Assembly (NCBI GenBank): GCA_009886115.1
Contig: VFJJ01000062.1
Location: 1 to 35,528 of the forward strand
Direction of reading: 5' to 3'
Length of the DNA: 35,528 nt
Source of the DNA: Actinomycetota bacterium
Lineage (GTDB): Bacteria > Actinomycetota > Acidimicrobiia > IMCC26256 > VFJJ01
Under the pieces are notes generated by a model. It had not been told where the DNA came from. It searched no databases and worked only from the letters and a program-made list of their open reading frames with translations. A program made the position numbers and the translations under genes. Of the stretch, positions 7,425 through 18,400 are shown piece after piece. Numbering within the stretch: position 1 is the stretch's first letter; every line of letters begins with the position of its first letter.

Positions 7425-10400
7425 ATGCGCGCGACCCTGATCGGAACCGAGTCCATCCTCGCGACGTGTGGTGAGCAGTTGCTCGAGCGCGGCCACGAGA
7501 TCGTTCGTGTCATCACCGACGACCCGGCCATCGCCGGCTGGGCCGCTGATCTCGGCTGCCCGGTTTCCGAGCTGGGTCCGGGGACCGCCGAGCAGATCAG
7601 GGCCGACGCCACCGACTGGTTGTTCAGCATCGGCAACCTCGAGATCCTGTCCGACGAGATCCTGGCCGCGCCGCGGATCGTCGCCGTCAACTTCCACGAC
7701 GCGCCACTGCCCCGATACGTGGGTGTCAACACGCCGGTCTGGGGGCTCCTCAACGACGAGACCGAGTGGGGCGTCAGCTTCCACGTCATGACCTCGGGCA
7801 TCGACGAGGGCCACGTGCTGGCCGAGACCCGCTTCGTCATCGCCGACGACGAGACGGCCTTCACGCTCAACGCCAGGTGCTATGAATCCGCGATCGGCGC
7901 CTTCGGACCGCTGATCGAGCGTCTGGCCCGCGGCGACATCGCCGGTTCGCCACAACCGCACACCGACGATCGCCTGGTGTACCGCCGGGCCGATCGTCCC
8001 GCGGCCGGCGCGGTGCTCGACTGGCGGCGCGACGCGTCGTCGATCGTCCGGCTCGTGCGGGCACTGCACTACGGCCATCGGGGCAACCCCGTCGGCCTCG
8101 CCAAGCTCCTCCTCCCGAACTCCGCCGGGCCCGGCAGCCCCGGTCGCCCCGGCAGCCCCGGCCGGGAGACGCCCGTCGTGGTGGTCAGGGCCCGGGTGCT
8201 CGACGAGCGTTCGAGCCTCGACCCCGGCACCGTGGTCGATGTCGGCGACGGTCGACTCGTCGTGGCGACGGGCACGACCGACGTCGAGATCGGCGAGCTC
8301 ACCTGCCTGCGTGGCGCACCCCTCGATCTGACCCGGACCGCCGAGGAGCACGGTCTCCGGCCCGGCACGAGGCTCCCGGTGCTCGACGACGAGCGAGCCG
8401 GCCAGTTGAGCACCCACCACGCCAGCATGGCCAAGGCCGAGCGCCACCACGTGCGCCGGCTCGCGGCGTTCGAGGCCGTCGATCTGCCCTACGCCCAACG
8501 CGGCGGCGGCGACGGCAGCCAGCCACTCGTCGACGGTGGATCAGTCGAGCTGCTCCCCGGCTTCGACGCCGACAGCGCGACCGCGCTCATCGCCCTGGTT
8601 CTGGCACGACTGTCGGGTCGGTCGTCCATCGACCTGGCCTACACCGGACCCGAGATCGACCGGGTCGTGGCGGCGGTGGCGCCGCTCGCCGAGCCCGTCG
8701 TCGCGGTTCGCGTCGACCTCGACCTCGATCGGCCGTGGTCCGAGAACACCGCGACGGTCACCCAAGCCCTCGCCGAGGCCCGACGCCGGGGCCCCTACGG
8801 CCGCGAGCTGGTCGCTCGTCACCCCGAGCTCGCCGCTGCCCCATCGCCCACCTCGATCGTGGTGCGCCACGGAGCGCCGACCGAGACTCCTGCGGCTGAC
8901 GGCGGCTCCCCGGTCGACGAGCTCTCCGGCGTCGAGCTCCTGTTCGACGTCGCAGCCGACGCTCACACGGTCACCGTGCACCACGACCCCTCGGCCTATC
9001 CCCGCGAGGCCGTGGCGCGGATCCGGGCCCATCTCGCCGAGCTGGCCCATCGGGCGGCCAGCGCCCCGGCCACAGCAGCCGGTGACCTCCCGCTGCTGAA
9101 CGACGCCGAGCTGCACCGCATCCTCGTCGAGTGGAACGACACCGCGGTGCACCACGAGCCGGTGTGCATCCACGAGCGGATCGCAACACAGGCCGCCCGC
9201 ACGCCCGACGCCACAGCCGTCGTCTGCGGGGCCATGCGCTACACCTACCGCGAGCTCGAGATGCGCGCCAACCACCTCGCCCATCGACTCCGCGACCTCG
9301 GGGTCACAGCCGGCTCGCTCGTCGGCCTCCATCTCGATCGGACGGCCGACCTGGTCGTGAGCGTGCTGGCCGTTCACAAGGCGGGCGGAGCGTATGTCCC
9401 GCTCGACCCCACCTATCCCGATGACCGGATCGCCTACATGGTGGCCCACTCCGGCTTGCGCGTGTTGTGCGTGCACGAGCGTCTGCTCGCTCACCTGCCG
9501 CCCCACGAGGCCACCGTGGTGGTCGTCGACCGAACCGAGCCGCTCGACGCCAACGACCCCGCAGCGGCGACCAGCACGAGCTCGCAGGCGCCCGACGTGA
9601 CCGTCGGCCCCGACGATCTCGCCTACGTGATCTACACCTCGGGCTCGACCGGAAAGCCCAAGGGGGTCATGGTCGAGCACCACAATCTGAGCAACTTCGT
9701 GCTCGCCATGGACCCCGTGGTGCCCCACGGTCCGACGGGTGACGGTCAGCCCGGCGTATGGCTTGCCGTCACCAGCTTGTCGTTCGACATCTCGATCCTG
9801 GAGTTGCTGTACACGTTGGCCCGCGGTTTCACGGTGGTCGTGCACCCGGACACGCCGGCCAAGGCCGCGCTCTCGCCGGCCGCCACCGTCGCCGCGACCG
9901 TGCCCGTCCACACCCGCAACGCCGATGCCCTCCACACCTCGCCGCGCCCGCTGCGCAGGCAACGTCTCGACTTCAGCCTCTTCTACTTCGCGGCCGACGA
10001 GTCGGAGCCCTCGGCACGCTCGAACCGCTACCGCCTGCTCATCGAGGGCGCCCGTTACGCCGACGCCAACGGGTTCACCGCGGTGTGGACCCCCGAGCGC
10101 CACTTCCATGCGTTCGGCGGCCTCTACCCGAACCCGGCAGTCACCGGTGCCGCGCTGGCGATGGTCACCGAGAACGTCGAGATCAGGGCTGGGAGCTGTG
10201 TGCTGCCCCTGCACTCGCCGATCCGGGTGGCCGAGGAGTGGTCGCTCGTCGACAACCTCTCGAACGGCCGCACGGGGCTCGCCATCGCCTCGGGCTGGCA
10301 CCCCAACGACTTCGTCTTCCAGCCGCAGAACTTCAGCGACGCCAAGGGCGTCATGGTCCGCAGCATCGAGACGTTGCGCAGGCTCTGGGCCGGCGAGAGC

Positions 10401-12440
10401 GTCACGTTCGATGGCCCCGACGGCCGTCCCGTCGAGGTGCACACGCTCCCCCGTCCGGTCAGGCCCGAGGTACCGCTGTGGATCACGACCGCGGGGAGCC
10501 CCGAGAGCTTCCGCCTCGCTGGCCGGATCGGATGCCACCTCCTCACCCACCTGCTGGGCCAGGACCTCGCCGAGCTCACGGCCAAGATCGCCATGTACCG
10601 CCAGGCGCGCCGAGAGGCCGGCCATCCGGGCGAGGGCCACGTGACCCTCATGCTGCACACGCTCGTGGGTGACGACGACGCGACCGTCAAGGAGGCCATC
10701 CACCGTCCGCTGGTCGAGTACCTCCGCTCCTCGACCAGCCTCGTGGCCGGGTTCGCCTGGGCCTTCCCCACGTTCAAGAACCGCCCCGGCGACGCCCGCG
10801 ACGACGATCTCTCGCACCTCGAGCCCGACGAGATCGAAGCGCTCCTCGAGTTCGCCTTCCAGCGATACTCCGAGGGCAGCGGGCTCTTCGGTACCCCCGA
10901 GTCGTGCCAGCCGCTGCTCGAGTCGCTCGTCGAGATGGGCGTCGACGAGATCGGCTGCCTCGTCGACTTCGGTGTCGACGAGGACGTCGTCCTCGCGAGC
11001 CTTCCCCGGCTCACCGAGCTCAAGGAGTGGGCGGCGCAGCGGTTCGGACCGGCACCCGAGGTCGCTGCCGCCGAGCCCGTCGTGCTCGGCGCGACGTCCG
11101 CGACGTCCACGACGTCCACGGCCGGCGCGACGTCCACGGCCGCCGGGGACGCCGCGACCCCGATCCCGATCCCCGACGACGAGACGATCGGCGAGGCCAT
11201 CGTCAACCACCGGGTCACCCACTTCCAGTGCACCCCGTCGCAGGCCCGCATGATCCTCTCCGACCCGGCCAACCACGACGCGCTGGCCCACCTGCACGTC
11301 TGGCTGATCGGCGGCGAGGCCTTCCCACCGGCGCTGGCCGCCGAGCTGGCCCAGGTGTGCCCGAGGACGCGCATCGTCAACGTGTACGGCCCCACCGAGA
11401 CCACGATCTGGTCGTCGTCGCACACCATCGCCGGTGCTCCGAGCACCGTGTTGATCGGCCGGCCCATCGCCAACACGAGTCTCTACGTCCTCGACGGGCG
11501 ACGACGACCGGTGCCGGTGGGCGTTCCCGGCGAGCTCTGGATCGGCGGCGAGGGCGTCACCGGCGGCTATCTGGGTCGCTCCGATCTCACCACCGAGCGT
11601 TTCGTACCCGACCCGTTCGTCGGCCCCGACGCCAACCCGCACCACGCCCGCATGTACTGCACGGGTGACGTCGCCCGCTGGTGGCCCGACGGCACCGTCG
11701 AATGCCTGGGCCGTACCGATCATCAGGTGAAGGTGCGCGGGTACCGCATCGAGCTCGGCGAGATCGAAGCGGTCCTGGCTGCCGACGACACCGTCCGCGA
11801 AGCCGTCGTCATCGCCCGCGAAGACATGCCGGGCGACGTGCGCCTCGTGGCGTACGTCGTCGTCGATCCCGATGCCGCCAAGAACGAGGTGACCACCTCG
11901 GCCGGTTCCACCACCGTCGTCACGCACCTGCGCGAGCGGTGCCGGGCCCAGCTGCCCGACTACATGGTCCCGGCGCACGTGGTCGTGCTGGCCCGCTTCC
12001 CGCAGACGCCCAACGGCAAGATCGACCGTCTGGCTCTACCCGCGCCGACGAGCGCTGCTGCCCGACCGGCCGGGGCGCCGCCCGACCGGGCCCGAACGGC
12101 GCTCGACGCGGGCTCCAGCCTCGAATCGCAGATCTCCACGCTCTGGTCCGAGACACTGGGGCTCGACCACGTCGACGTCACCGACAACTTCTTCGACCTG
12201 GGCGGGCATTCGATGCTGGCGGTCAGGGTCCACCGCCGATTGCGCGACGAGCTCGGCTTCCCCCTGTCGCTCACCGACTTGTTCCGGTTCCCCACTGTCA
12301 GGCAGTTGGCGGGGTTCCTGGGCGCTGCCGATGACGGCGGGGACGCCGACGCCAAGCCCGCCGCGGTGAACGCCGCCCAGGCCCGGGGGGAGGCTCGCCG
12401 CCTGGCCCGGCAACGGATCAAGGTCGGCGGCGACCGCTGA
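7425..12440 (+). CDS. NRPS: formyltransferase - degenerate C-like region - adenylation domain interrupted by a luciferase-like monooxygenase (MupA/Atu3671-type) - PCP
   Basis: Formyltransferase NFHDAPLPRY and GIDEG; A motifs YTYREL, KAGGAYVPLD, YTSGSTGKPKG, FDIS, then LLM (FSLFYF, WTPERHF, GLYPNP, EEWSLVDNLSNGR, SGWHPNDF), then NVYGPTETT, GELWIGG, TGD, KVRGYRIELGEIE, NGKIDR; PCP FFDLGGHS. ATG 7425 chosen because the 7035 start overlaps the MBL gene. Confidence 0.92.
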   Translation: MRATLIGTESILATCGEQLLERGHEIVRVITDDPAIAGWAADLGCPVSELGPGTAEQIRADATDWLFSIGNLEILSDEILAAPRIVAVNFHDAPLPRYVGVNTPVWGLLNDETEWGVSFHVMTSGIDEGHVLAETRFVIADDETAFTLNARCYESAIGAFGPLIERLARGDIAGSPQPHTDDRLVYRRADRPAAGAVLDWRRDASSIVRLVRALHYGHRGNPVGLAKLLLPNSAGPGSPGRPGSPGRETPVVVVRARVLDERSSLDPGTVVDVGDGRLVVATGTTDVEIGELTCLRGAPLDLTRTAEEHGLRPGTRLPVLDDERAGQLSTHHASMAKAERHHVRRLAAFEAVDLPYAQRGGGDGSQPLVDGGSVELLPGFDADSATALIALVLARLSGRSSIDLAYTGPEIDRVVAAVAPLAEPVVAVRVDLDLDRPWSENTATVTQALAEARRRGPYGRELVARHPELAAAPSPTSIVVRHGAPTETPAADGGSPVDELSGVELLFDVAADAHTVTVHHDPSAYPREAVARIRAHLAELAHRAASAPATAAGDLPLLNDAELHRILVEWNDTAVHHEPVCIHERIATQAARTPDATAVVCGAMRYTYRELEMRANHLAHRLRDLGVTAGSLVGLHLDRTADLVVSVLAVHKAGGAYVPLDPTYPDDRIAYMVAHSGLRVLCVHERLLAHLPPHEATVVVVDRTEPLDANDPAAATSTSSQAPDVTVGPDDLAYVIYTSGSTGKPKGVMVEHHNLSNFVLAMDPVVPHGPTGDGQPGVWLAVTSLSFDISILELLYTLARGFTVVVHPDTPAKAALSPAATVAATVPVHTRNADALHTSPRPLRRQRLDFSLFYFAADESEPSARSNRYRLLIEGARYADANGFTAVWTPERHFHAFGGLYPNPAVTGAALAMVTENVEIRAGSCVLPLHSPIRVAEEWSLVDNLSNGRTGLAIASGWHPNDFVFQPQNFSDAKGVMVRSIETLRRLWAGESVTFDGPDGRPVEVHTLPRPVRPEVPLWITTAGSPESFRLAGRIGCHLLTHLLGQDLAELTAKIAMYRQARREAGHPGEGHVTLMLHTLVGDDDATVKEAIHRPLVEYLRSSTSLVAGFAWAFPTFKNRPGDARDDDLSHLEPDEIEALLEFAFQRYSEGSGLFGTPESCQPLLESLVEMGVDEIGCLVDFGVDEDVVLASLPRLTELKEWAAQRFGPAPEVAAAEPVVLGATSATSTTSTAGATSTAAGDAATPIPIPDDETIGEAIVNHRVTHFQCTPSQARMILSDPANHDALAHLHVWLIGGEAFPPALAAELAQVCPRTRIVNVYGPTETTIWSSSHTIAGAPSTVLIGRPIANTSLYVLDGRRRPVPVGVPGELWIGGEGVTGGYLGRSDLTTERFVPDPFVGPDANPHHARMYCTGDVARWWPDGTVECLGRTDHQVKVRGYRIELGEIEAVLAADDTVREAVVIAREDMPGDVRLVAYVVVDPDAAKNEVTTSAGSTTVVTHLRERCRAQLPDYMVPAHVVVLARFPQTPNGKIDRLALPAPTSAAARPAGAPPDRARTALDAGSSLESQISTLWSETLGLDHVDVTDNFFDLGGHSMLAVRVHRRLRDELGFPLSLTDLFRFPTVRQLAGFLGAADDGGDADAKPAAVNAAQARGEARRLARQRIKVGGDR

Positions 12441-15400
12441 TGGGCTCGAACGGCGCGGCCGACGACTACAGCGGGTCCGAGATCGCCATCGTCGGCATGG
12501 CGGGACGGTTTCCCGGCGCGCCCGATGTCGACACGCTCTGGGATCTCGCGGCGTCGGGTCGGGTCGGCATGCGTCGATTCAGCGATCGGGAGTTGCTCGA
12601 CGCCGGCGTACCCCTGGCGACACTGCGCGATCCCGACTATGTCAAGGTCAACGGGACCATCGACACGCTCGAGTGGTTCGACGCCGGCTTCTTCGGGATC
12701 GGGCCCCGCGACGCGGCGATCATGGATCCCCAACACCGCCACTTCCTCGAAGCGGCGTGGGAGGTGCTCGAGCACGCCGGCCATCCGCCGTCGAGATTCG
12801 ACGGGCCCATCGGGGTGTTCGCGGGCTGCGGCATGAACGGGTACTTCACCTGGAACCTGCTCACCAACCCCGCGCTCGTCGAGTCGGTCGGCCTGTTCCT
12901 GTTGCGCCACACCAGCAACGACCGCGACTTCCTCGCCACCCAGGTCGCGTATCAGCTCAACCTGACCGGACCGGCGATCTCGGTGCAGACGGCGTGCAGC
13001 ACGTCGCTCGTGGCGGTCCACCTGGCGACGCAGAGCCTGCTCAGCCGGGAGTGCGACATGGCCCTGGCCGGTGGGGTCACCTACGAGATCCCGCATCGCC
13101 AGGGATACCTCTACCACGACGGCGAGATTCTCTCACCCGACGGTGTCTGCCGGGCCTTCGACCATCGCTCGGCCGGCACCGTGCTCACGAGCGGTCTCGG
13201 CGTCGTGGCGTTGCGCCGCTACGACGACGCTGTTGCCGATGGCGACGTGATCCACGCCGTCATCCGAGGAACCGCCGTGAACAACGACGGGTCCCGCAAG
13301 GTCGGGTTCCTCGCGCCGAGTGTCGACGGTCATGCCGCCGTCGTCGTCGAGGCCCTCGCGGTGGCCGGCGTCGACCCCGACACCATCACCTACCTCGAGG
13401 CCCACGGCACGGGCACCAGCGTCGGAGATCCGATCGAGGTGGCCGCGCTCACGCAGGCCTTCCGTACCGCGACGAGCCGTAGCGCCTTCTGCCACTTGGG
13501 ATCGACGAAGCCGAGCATCGGGCACCTCGACACCGCAGCGGGCGTCGCCAGTCTCATCAAGACCACGAAAGCCTTGCAGCACAAAGTGCTCCCGCCGCTC
13601 GCCAACTTCGAGGCACCCAACCCCATCATCGACTTCGATGCGACGCCCTTCGTCGTGAGCAACGAAGCCCGGCCTTGGAACGTCACGCCGGGTACGCCGA
13701 GACGGGCCGGTGTCAGCTCACTCGGTGTGGGTGGAACCAACGTCCACGCCGTGCTCGAGGAAGCCCCGCTCCGGCCGGCCACGACGCCGGCGGGGCGCGA
13801 CTGGCAACTCCTCGTCGTCTCGGGTCGGACCGAGACCGCGGCCCGGGCCTACGGGGTTGCGCTCGCGCGGCATCTCGCTCGCAGCATCGCCGGCAGGGTC
13901 GACGCGTCCGAGACCTCGGCTGAGCCGACCCCGGCTGACGATGCCGCCCTCGGTGAGCTGGCCGACGTCGCCTACACGATGCAGGTCGGGCGTGAGGCCT
14001 TCGCGTGGCGCCGTGCCGTCGCCGTCAGGTCCGCGGCCGATGCCCTCGCGGTGCTCAGCGACGATCCCGGCGCGTCCGCGGCACACGTCGGCATGCGGCG
14101 TACGGTCGTCGGCACCGCAGCCGCCGGTTCGAGCTCCCCACCCGTGGTGTTCATGTTCCCCGGGGGAGGAGCCCAGTACCCGGGGATGGGTCGTGACCTC
14201 TACGATGCGGAGCCGGTCTTCCGGCGCCACGTCGACGAGTGCCTGACCCTGCTCGAACCCTTGCTGGCCATGGCTCCCGTCGGTCGCGAGCTGCCGTTCG
14301 CCGACCTGCGGGCCTTGATGTACCCGGCCCCCGGGACCGAGGACGAGGCGGCAGTCCACCTCGAGCGGGCCACGGCTTCGTTGCCTGCGGTCTGGGTCAC
14401 GTCGTACGCCATGGCCCAGCTGTGGATGTCGTGGGGCGTCGAGCCCGCGGCCATGACCGGTCACTCCCTCGGCGAGTACGTCGCAGCGTGCATCGCCGGA
14501 GTGCTCAGCCTGCCCGACGCGCTGTCGATCGTGATGTTGCGGGCCCGACTCTTCGAGCAGGTCTCCCACGGCGGAGGGATGCTCTCGGTCCCCCTGGCCG
14601 TCGACGAGGTCCGGCCCCTCCTGCCCGATGTCTTGTCGATCGCCGCGGTGAACTCGCCGACGCAGACCGTCGTCTCGGGTCGCGCCCACGACCTCGCCGC
14701 CTTCGAGCAGGTCCTGCTCGAGAAAGAGGTCGAGGCCCGTCGGGTCAACCTGGCCATCGCCCCGCACTCGGCCATGCTCGACGAGGTGCTCCCGGCCTTT
14801 CGCGACGGGCTGCGCCGGATCACCTTCCACCGCCCCGTCCGCCGGTTCATCTCCAACCTCACCGGCACGTGGATCACCGACGAGGATGCCGTCGATCCCG
14901 AATACTGGGTGAGGCACCTGCGGCGAACCGTGCGGTTCTCCGATGGTCTCGCCGAGTTGTGCACCGATGCCTCGCTCGTGTTCCTCGAGGTCGGTCCGGG
15001 GCAGGCGTTGGGCTCGTTCGTGCGCCAGCAGCCCAGCCGACCGTCGGCCGTGCTCGCCTCCCTGCGCCACGTCGACGACGACACGGCCGATCTCCAGTAC
15101 ACCCTCACGACCTTGGGGCGCTTGTGGACGGCCGGGGTGGAGATCGACTGGAACGCTCATCACCACGGCCCTCGCCGGCGGGTCGCGCTGCCGACCTACC
15201 CCTGGGAGCGGCAGCGGTACTGGATCGATCCCGGCGTCGGGCGATCCGGCGTCGCCAACCCCGGTGACCCGCTGACCCGGATCCCGACGATCGACGGATG
15301 GTGGAGCCAGCTCGAGTGGCGTGCGGCACCCGCGCCTCGAATCGGTGCCACCGAGCCCACCTCGTGGCTGGTCCTCGCCGATGGCGATCCGCTGATCGAG

Positions 15401-18400
15401 CGCACCATGGTCGCGCTCCGGGCGGCGGGGCACCGAGTGATCGAGGTGCGCCCGGGTGAGCGCTTCGAGCGCAGCGAGAACGGCCACTCCCTCGCCGGTC
15501 TCGCGACCTCCTTCGTGTTGCCGCCAGCCGATCGGGCCGGATGGTCGCAGCTGCTTGCGGCGCTCACCGACGAGGGCGGGTTGCCCCGCCACGTGCTCCA
15601 CTCGTGGCTGATGCACGATCGGCGCGACGCCGACTCGGCGCAGGCCCGCGGCTTGCACACGCTGATCGCCATGGCCCAGGCCTTCGTCGACGACGACGTG
15701 ACCGCACCGGTCGAGCTGATCGTCCTGACCGCAGGCATGCAGCAGGTGGCTGCTGAACCGCTTCGCCATCCCGAGCACGCCACGGTGCTGGGCGCCTGCC
15801 GGGTCATCCCCCGCGAGCAACCCAACGTCGCGTGCCGCAGCATCGACGTCGAGGCGACGACCACCGTCGAGGCGCTCATCACCGAGCTGACCCAAGGCGG
15901 CACTGGTCCTGCAGGCGTCACCTCGTCCGGCGCGACCTCACAAGCGGTGGCGTACCGGGGTGCGAGCCGCTTCGCGCAGGAGATCGCCGTCGTCGCCGGT
16001 CCTCGGCTGGTCACCGACCCGGCGGCCGTGGCGGGGGCCGCGGGCTCGCTCCACACAGCCACGGGGGCGGTCCGACCCGGCGGTACCTATCTCATCACCG
16101 GCGGATACGGCGGTCTCGGTCTCGTGGTGGCCGAGCACCTCGCCCGCACCGCCAACGCCAACGTCGTGCTCGTCGGCCGTCATCCGCGTCCGACACCGGG
16201 GCTCGAAGCGGCCCGGGCCGAGGTGCTGAAGGTCGCAGCCGACGTCACCGACGTCGACGCGCTGCGGCGTGTTGTGGCCGAAACCCATCGACGCTTCGGA
16301 CCCATCCACGGTGTCTTCCACGCCGCCGGCGTGCTTGACGACGGCCTCCTGCCCTCCAAGACCATCGCCGGCGTCGACGCCGTGCTCGCCCCCAAGGTCG
16401 CTGGGACGCTGGCGCTCGACGATGCGCTGCGCGACGAGCCGCTCGAGTTCATGGTCCTCTTCTCGTCGACCTCGGCGCTGCTCGGTCTCCCCGGCCAGGT
16501 CGACTACGCCGCAGCGAACGCGTTCGTCGACGCCTACGCCGCACATCGGCGGGGCTCCGACCGCCCAGGCTCGACGGTCGCGATCGCCTGGGGGGCTTGG
16601 CGTGACAGGGGAATGACCGCCCGCGGCGATGCCGACCCGGCTGACGCGCTCGGCCTCGGCGATCGTCTCGAGCCTCCCGAGCCGCTCAGCCACGCCGTGC
16701 TCGACCGATGGGCCGCTGTCTCAGCCGAGCGCGTGATCTCCGAGGGCCACCTCGACGCGGCCAGTGACTGGATCGTCGCCGAGCATCGCCTCAAGGCCGG
16801 TCGGTGCGTCCTTCCCGGCATGGCGGCCATCGACCTCATCGCAACCGCAGCCCGCGAGACCCTTCCGCTGCACGGTTCGATCGAGATCCGCGACCTCTCG
16901 TTCGTACGCCCCCTCGAGGTCCCCGACGACGAGCCCACCGGGATCAGGGTCGATCTCCGGGCCGATGAGCCGGGGGCGTGGTCGGCCGCGATCGAGAGCC
17001 GGCCCGAACAGCCCGGACGGCCCACCGTGTGGCGCCGTCACGCCGGGGCGACCGTGATGGTGGCGTCCGGCCCCGGGTCCGGCGACCCGTCCGGCGACCC
17101 GACCGAAGGGGAGTCGCAGGCCAACGGAGATCGGCCCCGCCTCGATCTCGACGCGATCGGCAACCGGCTCCATCAAGCAGCTCGCAGCTACGACGCCCAG
17201 TACCCGCACGACCGCCAGAGTCGCCACCTCGACTTCGGACCCCGCTGGGACAACCTGGTCTCGGCCCGGGCCAGCGAGTCGGAGGTGCTGGCCGAGCTCC
17301 AGCTCCCGTCAGCGTTCGAGGGCGACATCGGCCCCTGGTCCCTCCACCCGGCGCTGCTCGACCGGGCGGTCGGCATCGGGTTGGGCCTCATCGACGGTTT
17401 CCGCGATCGCGACGACCTCTACGTTCCCTTCGAGGTGAGGCGGGCCGTTGTCCACGGCCCGGTGCCCAGCCGCGTGTGGTGCCTCGTGAGGCTCACTCGG
17501 CCCACGACGGCCACCGACGCCGTGGCGACCTTCGACGTGACCCTCGCCGAGCCCGACGGTCGTGTCTGTGTGGTCATGGAGCGGCTCTCCATGCGGCGGC
17601 TCGAGAACGTGCAGGCGATGGCTGTCACCGGTCGCAGGGCGGCCGTCGCCGACATGGGCCCGGCCGGGTTCCCCGACCACGCTGGTCATGGACAGGAGCG
17701 AGCGGCGCTGGGAGGCGGTTCCGACGGCGCCGGTCCCCGGGCCATGGGCCACGTGATGGCCGACGGGATCACGGCCGAGGAAGGCCTGGCGTGCCTCGAC
17801 CGGCTGCTCGGCGCCATGGCCGGTCCGGGTGGTCCGGGTGGTCCGGGTGGTGCGGGTGGTCCGGGTGATCCGAATGGCAGCAGCATCGCCTCGCACCTGA
17901 TCTGCTCACCGTTCGATCTCGTGGCGCTCGAGCGCGCCGCGCTGCCCACCGCCCCGGCGGGCGGCGGCGACGGAGCGGGAAGGGTCGAGCGGCCCGAGCT
18001 GGGAGCCACCTTCACCGGACCGAGAGACGACGTCGAGCGCGAGCTCGTCGACGTCTGGCAGGAGATCCTCGGCATTGCCGGGGTCGGCATCCACGACGAC
18101 TTCTTCGACCTGGGCGGGCATTCCCTCATCGCTGTTCGGCTGTTCTCCAAGATTCGCAAGGCCTGGGCGGTCGACCTCGGCCTCTCGACCCTCTTCAACG
18201 CGCCCACGGTCGCCGAGCTGGCAACGCTCGTTCGCGAGGAGCGCGATCTCCCCGAGCCCCCGCCGTCACCCACGATCCCGACTGCGGCCGTGACCGCTCC
18301 CGCTCCCGTCGAGGGCACGGCGATCGTCCCGGCTGCAGGCGACGCCGGGACCGGAGGAGGGGGCTCGTCGCCCTCGGGCGCACCGGCTTCTTCTTCTGCT

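Noticed and set aside
8541..11978. 1145-aa minus-strand ORF, and similar long antisense ORFs (13718-15895, 25166-27031, 29296-30972, 32023-33915)
   Set aside because: They mirror well-supported plus-strand genes; stop-poor antisense frames are expected at this GC content.
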